NCBI GenBank assembly: GCA_030141605.1
Contig: JAQGDQ010000995.1
Span: forward strand, 7,690-71,689
Origin: Tubiluchus corallicola
Lineage: Eukaryota; Animalia; Priapulida
Direction of reading: 5' to 3'
Length of the DNA: 64,000 nucleotides
The translations under genes were made by a program, and so were the position numbers. Positions 53,318 to 64,000 of the stretch are shown here, one piece after another. Every line of letters begins with the position of its first letter. Position 1 is the stretch's first letter. The notes under the pieces were generated by a model. That model saw only the letters and a list, made by a program, of their open reading frames with translations. It was not told the DNA's origin and did not search any database.

Positions 53318-55427
53318 GTGGTGTGGGTGGGGTGGTGTTGGTGGGATGTTGTTTGCACAAAATTCTTTTTGCAGTTTTAGGCTAGTCTATAATTATTATT
53401 GGTGCACCAATGCATAATTTGAAGCCTGTGTCTACTCATGCATTCACACGTTCTTGTAAATAGGCCTGTCACTATATATCCATGTATGAAGATGTATGAA
53501 GACACCATGTATCGAAATTAAATTGATGTTGAAATGTAACTGCTGTGTGTGTGTGCTTTTGTTACCGCATACCAGATACGTTTTCTGATAATATATAATA
53601 TATTATATTACGTCTATCTCATATAGATGACAAAATAAACACAATACTGAAAAAGCAGCATATGTAGCGACACCATGCATTAGAATTGATGGTTATTCTA
53701 GCTGACAGCTTGTTCTACAGTTCATTTCCTGAGCATTGGTGCTCAAGTTCATCTTACAGAGATAAATAATTATGAAGTCTGTTGTTTCGTCCATTATGAT
53801 CTCAGGAATAGATGCAGTTTTTACTGCTTATAACACAGCTTCTTCTCCTCATCCTTCACTGATAAGATTTAAGTCAGCTGATTATTTTATCGTTGATACT
53901 ATCCACTCACGTAAGCCGAGTAATGTGTAATCCACCAATATAACCCTGCATCCTAAATCATCAAGATACCATTGTCAGAAAAAACGCTTTTATTGGAACT
54001 TTTGATTTGTTAGATATTACGCCTAGAATAAGTAATAAGTAAAAAACTATAACAACAATTATTTGCATTTAATTGATGAACATACACAATATAACGTATC
54101 AATAAATATCAATAAATTCATTGAAATGTTATGATCTAACTTTTGACAAGATTGCTGACGATATAAATAAAGAAATATTATACTCTGACTGTTTAATAAG
54201 AAGTGAAATTAAGAGTTAGACCAGGACGTGGTAACTATGTACCCATACAGTTTTCTAGAAATTAGTGCTAGTGTAATTCTCTTATGCATGACTAATTACA
54301 TTAATATTATAACAATTCATAGTGATAGCAGTTTCTTGAATACTTTGAAAGTATTTTATAAATAAAGGACCCTCGACCAGAATAGGGTAATACCGTTTTT
54401 TAAATGAAAGTGTAGGATACTGTTACCTGTAAAAAGACTTTGTTGATTCTACTTTGAGCATTTACAGATAACGTAGGAGGTTTACGCTTTTAATTATTTT
54501 GCATAGAAATTCACCACATGAAGAATACTTAACAAAAATTATTGCAAAAACTTCACACACGCGCATAATAACGTAGCAGCAGAAAACGGTAGCTTGGCTA
54601 ACAACGCGGTAGCTATTGTTACAGCACTAGTTGTGCGAGCTTAGAAATCTTTTTCTGAGGACGCATCTAATCTGTGGTTATGTGTATGCAACAGTTTGCA
54701 TTTAAACATGTAGAAGTGTTTCAATGTGTGCGTAATGCGTGATCCGTATCCATTCGAACGTGATCGCTGTCGTCCGAATACGCATCACGCCAATATGCAA
54801 ATGAGAAACCACCGCTGATTAGGTGAGCGAGTTTTCAAGTTTGCGATGAAAATTTTCGCTGTTTAGCTTTCTGAGATTCTAGTTAGACGAGTCTCAGACA
54901 CCTCAGGACCTATAAATAATAATATATTTTCTATTTTAATTTTTGAGAGACAGAAGAAGCAAGAAGCAAGTATGTGTTGAGCATCTAACTGCAGTTCACT
55001 AATGGATGATACCTGCCATATTTTTCTCTCTCCTGCAAAATATTGTGCACCCAGAACCTGTGCTTTCTTTGGATGTCTTTTCGTCTAATGCAGCTGTATT
55101 TATCACGCTTAAATTTCGACAGAGACATGGCTTCCAAAGTTACCGCTTGTAACTTTCACGAATAGCCACCAAAAATGGCGGAAAGAGTGCTGAAGGTTTT
55201 GTTAATACCCACAGCGTTTACGGACACTTTGAGTTGTACTTGCCAACGCCATGGCCGCTCTGCCCTTCCACATCTCAGGCCTGTATTTTGCTAAGTCTAA
55301 AGGTATGGTCAGTCTTTCTTGTTGCTTTAGTTTACCCTACAGTAACGTTCATGTACCTGTTTAAAGAAATAGAAAATATCTGTTGTCTGTAAGTGTTGTG
55401 CGCGTATGAAACGAACAGATAACTAAA

Positions 55428-56456
55428 ATGTGCACACGTGTCGCCGTCTCCAAAAGAACAGTGTACACCTTGAAATTAATATTAAAGGCATGTATCATTT
55501 TGTTTTGTTCAATAATTATTCTGAAGCTTGATAGCGAATCTGTTAAACCGTACGAAAAGATTAAAATTGTGTACAATACGGATTCCCACATCCAAGTGGA
55601 CCCATATTCTCTAAGTGAGATAGATTTTCACTTGACATTAACAGTTATAGCTTTCAACAGGAGTGATTCAGTTAATAGATTGTTACAGTCTCTTGAAGCA
55701 GCTGAGTATATGGGTGATTCTGTTTCATTGGAAATCTGGATAGATGGCCCGGAGATAGCTGCCCAAAAAACTGTAAAAGTGGTGCAAGGTTTTAATTGGA
55801 GCCATGGACAGAAGCGATTACACGTGAGAACCAGAAATGTAGGACCTTACACACAGTGGTATGATACATGGACTCCTGATCTTCAGGAAACTGGAGAATA
55901 TGGCCTTATTCTAGAAGATGATTGTGAGGTTTCTCCTCATTATTACAAATGGCTTAAGTCAGCAATTTATGTGTATAAAGATAGAGATGTTCTCTGCCCA
56001 ACGTGTACAGATAGTGTATTTCTTTATCCAAAGTTCAGTACGTGGGCTTGTTTACCAATGCCAAGAGTGTGGGCGGAGTTTAGGCAATGGTACTTGACAG
56101 TAAAAAACGATGAAATGTTTATTCCTCTGATTCCTGGTGATAAGAGTCTCGTGATCAATGGCTGGATACGTCACTTTCATCCACTGAAGAAAATGAATTC
56201 GGCCTACTTTCATCATTACTGTGGCAAGCATCAGCTTTATGCTATATATCTTAATTTGCCAAATAAACTAAGTTTTGTTTGTAATCACAGAGAACTTGGA
56301 CTCCATTACGTCAAAGCTTACGGGCTGTTGGGTATTTGCACATATGGCTTGGTAAAATCGTGGAACAATAGTTACACATATTTTCCCAGACATCCAAAAC
56401 GACTTCATTGGGATGGTTACCCTGAAGGCAGGTTTTTCAGAGAATATAATTATTAA
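55428..56456 (+). CDS. Single-exon type II membrane GT-A (GT2-like) glycosyltransferase
   Basis: TM LILKACIILFCSIIIL; VIAFNRSDSVNRLLQSL..EIWIDG..FNWSHGQK..QWYDTW..GLILEDDCEVSPHYYKW, the signature of an uncharacterised GT2-like family known from plants, algae, fungi and some invertebrates. The ORF is open for 342 aa. Confidence 0.82.
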   Translation: MCTRVAVSKRTVYTLKLILKACIILFCSIIILKLDSESVKPYEKIKIVYNTDSHIQVDPYSLSEIDFHLTLTVIAFNRSDSVNRLLQSLEAAEYMGDSVSLEIWIDGPEIAAQKTVKVVQGFNWSHGQKRLHVRTRNVGPYTQWYDTWTPDLQETGEYGLILEDDCEVSPHYYKWLKSAIYVYKDRDVLCPTCTDSVFLYPKFSTWACLPMPRVWAEFRQWYLTVKNDEMFIPLIPGDKSLVINGWIRHFHPLKKMNSAYFHHYCGKHQLYAIYLNLPNKLSFVCNHRELGLHYVKAYGLLGICTYGLVKSWNNSYTYFPRHPKRLHWDGYPEGRFFREYNY

Positions 56457-56794
56457 TTTGTTTAACGTATTTTTTCATAGCAAAATTGTATGAAAACCCG
56501 ATGCTAAAAGCAAGTAAATAGTAAAACAAATTAAAAAGTTGTGGAAGAGGAAAACGTTAAAGATTTACACTAAAGATTCTATTGACTAAGAACAAATATA
56601 TATTTTTATATTGTACTTTGCGGTGGCTGCTTATCTCCAGTTGCGTTCGATGTCCAAGAGAATTAAATCGATTAAAACGGTGATTTGAAGATCCGGTGGT
56701 TGAGTTTCTTCATTTTAAAACATTCACCAGCCCAGTGACTGTAGTGAAATAAAAGTAACGTTCGTAGGCACAGGCAATATTTGTAACTTTTTCT

Positions 56795-56995
56795 ATGCTT
56801 AGTGGATGCATTGATTAAATGTTTAAATAACAGCTTTCACGTTGTTTCTGGTTTTGTTTCTTGATTTTTCACACTTTGTGCCTTGCCAAAGTCATTCCAG
56901 ATATGCAGAATTGAGTCTTTTAATTCAGTAAGTGTCTGTAATTTTTTAATGCATAATCACTTGTGTATGTACTGCGTTTCTCGTGTTTTTGACAC
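56795..56995 (+). repeat. Dispersed repeat, copy 2 (homolog at 32450-32640)
   Basis: Shared sequence blocks listed for copy 1. Confidence 0.8.
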
Positions 56996-58834
56996 CTTAT
57001 ATACTGTATTTAATTTATATCTTTAGCAAAATCAATTCCAATATACCAAAACAAACAAGAAAACAAAACTTATAAGGTTTCGAAAGACTGTGTTATTGAC
57101 TTGTAACTTTTTGTAAATAAAATAGCAACAGCGAGTTCAAATTATAGAACTACATTTATACATGCTTGGTAAGCAGAATTATACAGAGAGGCAAAAATGT
57201 GCACATCGAAGTTAACTATCATATATTATATTGAAACACCAAAGAACAAATGATTATAGAAGAGGTAAATTTCAAATGTGATGACTATGGCACGCTTCTA
57301 TCACTATGGCTAAATTTCTATATGACTACACATTAAACAGAAAAACAAGACAAAACTGCACATTAAATTACTAAAGTGAAAACCATATCATATAAAGAAT
57401 GCAGTGCAGGAAAAAAGTAATTAACCAGTAAATACAATGTAAAAATGTGACATGAAATGAAATAACTAATACAGATAATACATACGGCAAATTTCATTAA
57501 AAGTGTGGTGGGTATGGCAGAAATAGTAAACAATGCCCATGGATGGCAATAAAAATGAATGGACCTATTTAAATGAAGTTTTGAAAATGAAAAATTATGT
57601 TAATTAATTGTTATGTTGTTAGTGTGTTATTTGTTAGCAAGAAAGCCAGCTAGCAGACAGCTGCCCAAAAATTGCTTGCTGAATGAAAGTAATTTGTAAT
57701 TAGGGGCTAAAAAATTTAAGGCTAAAATACCCAAAGACAAAAAAAAATTGTGCACATTAAAAATGTATAAATTAGTATATTAAAATACCTAATAAATTTT
57801 ACATTTCAAAGCCAAGAAACCAAACCAAACTAGCTAGCTAGGAAGACTAAACTCAAAAATATATAAATATTATACAAATTATGTACAAAGTATACATGGT
57901 TTACAGCTGTACTCTTCACGCATGCTGCACAACCTCAAACGTGCAGCCCTCGTACATTAAATTCCAGACGGTTTTTACACCAAAGCGAATAGTTCTTTCA
58001 CCAGCTGGGACACACATGAAACACATTAGTGGAGCCAATAGTAGTAAAGGAAAGCTGTTTTAAATAATGATTTTGAATAAACTGGTGATTAAATTATTTA
58101 ATTAATAATTCAAGATTAAATGCTTGATGAGGCAAGATTAAATTATCGTCGAGGCTAGAAGCCCAGCTAGGTGTGGCATAGCTCGTGATCAGCTGATGTT
58201 CGGTCAAAAGTAAAGATTGATGATGTAATCTTTATGCGTAGAAGTTCATGGCGGATTAAGTAGTTAGACAAAATTGTTTGGAGGCCCGCACCTCGGCTTG
58301 AAGGCGGAGGGCTGTCACAGGCAGTAAAATTTCCCAAAACATTTCCGAATAAAGACAAATGACCTGTGATTGTCTTGTTTTTAAAATTTTGAAGTGCCTA
58401 CAGCAGCAGGTTAAAAAGTAGCTTAAATAAATATCAAATCTAAGAAAAGCCAGTGACGAAAATTACACGAGCATAATCTGTTACAAAACGATGTTTTCAT
58501 ATAAAAACCCTAAAAAAGTAACCTTAAGCATCTTTAATGTAGCAATGTTGTGCTAATGTTTTTAAAGCATTTAGTAGTTCTCTCATCTGCTAGTCTTGTG
58601 CATTTGTTAGTCTTTTATCTATTAGTCCTGTGTACAGCTGAGTGCTTTCTTACCAAACTGTGTACATTTTTAATGCACGAAATAAAGTTTAAATAAAAAT
58701 AAAATAAAAATGTAAAAGAGATACGTCAGTCATTACTATTATAACCTAAGATTACCAGTTATTTTTTATAAAGAAAAACATTAAGGCAAGCAGCAGTTGC
58801 AACTTCATTCAGGCTCTCATTGCCACGGGTGGTA

Positions 58835-59097
58835 CTGTGACTAGTGGTACTGTGTCCATCTGCCTGATGGGAGGGCCTGGATGTCCCTTGACCAGTGATA
58901 GTCTGTCCATCTGCCTGACGGGAGGTCCTGGAGGTCCTTTGACCAGTGGTACTCTGACCATCGACCTGATTTGAGGTCCTGGATGTCCTTTGACCAGTGG
59001 TACTCTGTCCATCCACCTGATGGGAGGTCATGGATGTCCCTTGGCCAGTGATAGTTTGTTCATCCACTTGACGGGAGGTACTGGAGGTCCTTTGACT
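58835..59097. repeat. 51-bp tandem repeat (~5 copies)
   Basis: Unit ccagtggtactctgtccatc..cctga.gggaggtcctggatgtcctttga; 17-aa periodicity in ORF 58759..59067. Confidence 0.85.
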
Positions 59098-59809
59098 GTT
59101 TTTAAAATGGTAAAATGAGTCTTTGACTACTGATTCTTAGTCTGCGCTCTCCTCTGATTGACCTTTATCGACTTCTCTGACTGCCTTGTACATCTTATTC
59201 TTTCAATGTCTGCAATATCCTCAAGTAATTTTTCTTCTTTAAATTAAAGCAGACCACATTTCTAAGTTCTCTTGATTAGCTTCTCGTTACGTAACTTTTT
59301 GGATTTCTCTCTATGGTGCATATCTTTGGCCGCCATGTGTTGCATCTGTAAACAAAACAAAATAAAACAAAATACTTTTTTCATGTTCGTAGCTATAATC
59401 CTATTTGGACTTGCAGAAAATGCAACCCGGTATTAATAAGACAAAGGAAATTCCGATCGATCTCTCAAAATAACAACAATACCAGGGCAGATGGATAAAA
59501 AGTAATCAAATCACTTCCAAAGGAAGACCATTTCCAACACTTAACATCAGGGTCTACATACTTAGGCATTTATGACAGGCAAGGGATGCAGCTCATTATC
59601 AAAGAAAGTCCACTGGAAGAGAATCTGCTTAGCCACGTTATCGCGCGCAGAAGTCAACTTTAATAAGATAAAAACAGAGGCGGTATTGCAATTAAAGCAT
59701 CAGGAAGAAATGAGCCTTTCAGTCACCCATGCAATATTGTATTAATCCAATGCTGCTTAACTTTGCAGCAAGCATATTCAATTCATTCACTTGTTTCATT
59801 AAATGCAAA

Positions 59810-61410
59810 AACTTCCTATGTCTGCCTAGTGGACTTCCAAGAAGACAGTGGACTTCCCAGATGACAGAAGACATCCAAAGGGACAGATGACTTCCAAGAG
59901 AACAGGGGTCTTCCAAAAAGACAGAGGACTTCCTATAAGACAAATGTCTTCCTAGATGATTTTCTAGAGGACTTCCTAGATGATTGAAAATTTGCAATAA
60001 CACTGAGGAATTCCCCTTAGGACAGGGGACATCCTAGAGATCTTGCTAGATGACTGAGGATTTCTAGAAGACAAAGGTCTTCCTAGTGGACTTCCTAGAA
60101 GACAGAAGACTTCCAGGAGGAAAGAGGACTTCCAAGAAGTCAGTGGATCTCCTGGAGGACTTCCTAGATGACAGAAGACTCCCAAGAAGAAAAACGCCTT
60201 CCTAGTGAACTTCCTAGAAGACAGAAGACTTCTAGGAGGAAAGAGGACTTCCAATAGGACAGTGAACTTCCCAGAAGACATAGGTCTTCCAAAAAGACAG
60301 AGGACTTCCTAGAAGACAAATGTCTTCATAGATGATTTCCTAGATGATTGAAAACTAGCAATAACACTGAGGAATTCCCTGAGGACAGAGGACATCCTAG
60401 AGATCTTGCTAGATGACTGAGGATTCCTAGAAGACAAAGGTCTTCCTAGTGGACTTCCTAGAAGACAGAAGACTTCCAAGAGGAAAGAGGACTTCCAAGA
60501 GGACAGTGGATCTCTTGGAGGACTTCCTAGATGATAGAAGACTCCCCAGAAGACAAAGGTCTTCCTAGAGGACTATCTCGAGGATTGAAGACTTCAAGTA
60601 GGACAGTGGACTTCCCAGATGACAGAAGACATCCAAAAGGACAGAGGACTTCCCGGAGGACAGAGGTCTTCCAAACAGACAAAAGATTTCCTACATGACA
60701 AATGTCTTCCTAGATGACAGAAGTCATCCAAATGGACAGAGGACCTTCTAAAAGACAAAGGTTTTCCACAAGGATTGAAGGCAGAGGACTTCCTAAAGGA
60801 CTTCACAAAGGACAGAAGACTTCCAAAAGAACAGAAGACTTTCAATAGGACAGAGGACATTCCAAGAAGACAGACTACTTCGTAAATGACAAAAGATTTC
60901 ATAAAAGACAAAGGTCTTCCTAGAGAGCAGATGACTTCTAAATGACAGAAGGCTTCCTAGAAGAAAAAGGTCTTCCTAGAGGACAGAGGACCTCCTGGAT
61001 GCCTCGCTAGATGACAGAAGACATATAGTGGACAGAGGACTTCCAATAGGACAGAGGACTTCCAAGAAGACAGAGGACTTCCTAGATGACAGAGGATTTC
61101 CAAAAGCACAGAGGACTTCCTAAATGACAGAAGACTTTGCAGATGACAAAGGTCTTTCTAGGTGACAGAGGACTTCCTAAAAGACAAAGGTCTTCCTAGA
61201 GGATTTATGGCATAGGACTTCCTAAAGGACTTCACAAAGGACAGAAGACTTCCATGAGGACAGAAGACTTCCAAAAAACAGAAGACTTCCATTAGGAGTG
61301 AGGACTTCCAAGAAGACAGAGGACTTCCTAAATGACAGAAGACTTCCTAGACCACAAAGGTCTTCCTAGTGGAAAAATGACTTCCTGGAGGAAAGAAGTC
61401 TTCCAGTGTG
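59810..61410. repeat. Degenerate 19-bp minisatellite with a higher-order internal duplication
   Basis: Unit gacagaggacttcctagat and variants; block ~59900-60230 recurs at ~60280-60570. Confidence 0.9.
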
Positions 61411-62124
61411 ACAGAGGAGACTTGAATGGCGTTACAAGCACTAAAATAAAAACTACAATTTATGACTGTGACGTGAAAAACAAAATTGGGATTTTAGTTT
61501 ACAGCGGTTATATTCTGTCTACATTTAGTTTCATGCTTGTTTTTGAGATGATTTCAATCAATGTTTATGTTTATCGACGATACACTATATAAAAACTCTC
61601 TTGAGTCCTAAACAGACATTTTGTGTAAAGGAAAAAGATTGCAATGCTTAACCTAACAAGCGGTCATTAGCGACAATAACCTAGACTAGCTAGAACTCAG
61701 TTAAAATAAGGTTAAGTGGCAAACAAACAGGTAAAATGCTCTACGCTCTGTAGATTTAAATTACTGCACACTTTAGTGTTTACAGCTATAATATCAGTGA
61801 GTAAAAACCGAAACAGAATGTGCTAAATACAATCAAGACTAACACTAAGACTGACATTGTGACTGAGACTGATAGGACGTTTATGCGTAGAATTCTTGCT
61901 AAGAATATTTCTTTATCATTTATTTTAAAATAAATCACTATACCCATTAACACCGATTATACGTATCCTTTCGTAGCCTTAAAAACCTATCATAGATAAA
62001 AGAATGATGAAGCGATTATGCTGTGTTAGTGGAATAATGTGAAATTATTCTGTATATTTCCTTCCGACTTTCCGAGTTCTAAAATAAAGCAAATGGTTTA
62101 GACTGAAAAATAATCTGAATAACG

Positions 62125-62394
62125 ATGGTTCGGTATCCGCATAGAACAGTTTTTGTTTTCATGATACATGCTTGTGTTACGTTTTGCATCTTGAGTATTG
62201 TTCAACATACGCTCATGAAACGAAGGAAACTCTTCGATGATGGCAGAAGTGAAAATGTGAACATATCAACTCGTGAAGGCTGCAGCGAATCGGGCTATCT
62301 TGGAAGCAAAAGCCTCGTGACGCAATCTGATCTTTATTCTATATCAAGGCAGCTAATTCCAGATACTATGAACAGAACAGTAAGATGCTCTAAT
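62125..62394 (+). CDS. Probable first coding exon of an unidentified type II membrane protein (continues beyond the window)
   Basis: MVRYPHRTVFVFMIHACVTFCILSIVQ anchor, stem with N-x-S/T sites, and a strong donor aat|GTAAGT at 62395 (phase 0). Confidence 0.55.
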
Positions 62395-62699
62395 GTAAGT
62401 GATACAAATATTACTAATCTTTGTCAATAATACTGTTTCTGATATTTACTTTATTAACTTCTTTTTCAATAATCAATGTTTTCACTCGACCTTGTACTCT
62501 TCTCTTGCACTCAAAAAAAAGAGGAGTAGATTTATTTCTATAATTCTAACTTCAGATTAAGCCTTCGATTTTTGGTATGACATCAATATATTTAAAGTGT
62601 TTTATTTACATGTTTATATATATATCAACATATTTATGCCGCCATCACTTGTACGCAGTTGTGGATAGGAATCACAGAGCAGTTTAATCAAACAGTTTA

Positions 62700-63950
62700 A
62701 TAATAAAGCCATAACACATGTGAACACTAATAAACTTATGACACATGTGAACACTAATAAAGCCATAACACATGTGAACACTAACAAACTTATGACACAT
62801 GTGAACACTAATAAAGCCATAACACATGTGAACACTAATAAACTTATGACACATGTGAACACTAATAAAGCCATAACACATGTGAACACTAATAAACTTA
62901 TGACACATGTGAACACTAATAAACTTATGACACATGTGAACACTAATAAAGCCATAACACATGTGAACACTAATAAACTTATGACACATGTGAACACTAA
63001 TAAAGCCATAACACATGTGAACACTAATAAACTTATGACACATGTGAACACTAATAAACTTATGACACATGTGAACACTAATAAAGCCATAACACATGTG
63101 AACACTAATAAACTTATGACACATGTGAACACTAATAAAGCCATAACACATGTGAACACTAATAAACTTATGACACATGTGAACACTAATAAAGCCATAA
63201 CACATGTGAACACTAATAAACATATGACACATGTGAACACTAATAAACTTATGACACATGTGAACACTAATAAAGCCATAACACATGTGAACACTAATAA
63301 ACTTATGACACACGTGAACACTAATAAAGCCATAACACATGTGAACACTAATAAACTTATGACACATGTGAACACTAATAAACTTATGACACATGTGAAC
63401 ACTAATAAACTTATGACACATGTGAACACTAATAAACTTATGACACATGTGAACACTAATAAACTTATCACACACGTGAACACTAATAAACCAATGACAC
63501 ACGTGAACACTAATAAACTTATGACACATGTGAACACTAATAAACTTATGACACATGTGAACACTAATAAAGCCATAACACATGTGAACACTAATAAACT
63601 TATGACACACGTGAACACTAATAAACTTATGACACACGTGAACACTAATAAACTTATCACACACGTGAACACTAAATCTTATGACACACGTGAACACTAA
63701 TAAACCAATGACACACGTGAACACTAATAAAGCCATAACACATGTGAACACTAATAAACTTATGACACATGTGAACACTAATAAACTTATGACACATGTG
63801 AACACTAATAAACTTATCACACACGTGAACACTAATAAACCAATGACACACGTGAACACTAATAAAGCCATAACACGTGAACACTAATAAACTTATGACA
63901 CATGTGAACACTAATAAACTTATGACACATGTGAACATAATAAACTTATC
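62700..63950. repeat. 27-bp minisatellite (~46 copies, four recurring variants)
   Basis: Unit ctaataaacttatgacacatgtgaaca; variants cttatgac, gccataac, ccaatgac and cttatcac. Confidence 0.97.
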
Positions 63951-64000
63951 TAGCAATACGTAAATCAATTGTACTTCGTTCAGTTACGTATTGTGCTCTC

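Noticed and set aside
59719-61592. Several ~100-aa ORFs
   Set aside because: They lie wholly or partly in a degenerate 19-bp minisatellite and show no domain signature.
62614-63968. Long ORFs on both strands and CRISPR-like regularity
   Set aside because: The ORFs arise from a stop-free 27-bp unit; there are no unique spacers or cas genes, and the context is eukaryotic.

Overview
AT-rich eukaryotic DNA with GT-AG introns, probably from an invertebrate animal; the taxon cannot be fixed from the sequence alone. It is heavily littered with transposon debris: BEL/Pao and Gypsy LTR relics, solo LTRs, CR1/L2-type LINE fragments, tandem non-autonomous Helitrons, a Polinton/Maverick ATPase relic, minisatellites and a 5S rRNA-derived copy. 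Every host protein-coding gene I could assign to a family belongs to a glycan-modifying enzyme family, and the families are unrelated to each other. They are a WSCD-type sulfotransferase, a glycogenin (GT8) pseudogene, an FkbM/Star methyltransferase pseudogene, three GAL3ST sulfotransferase pseudogenes, an intact B4GAT1-like GT49 gene and a single-exon GT-A glycosyltransferase. Two further first exons encoding type II membrane anchors could not be assigned. The best candidate for an undescribed system is an animal glycan-biosynthesis gene cluster undergoing rapid birth-and-death. All family assignments come from motifs recognised by eye, not from database searches.
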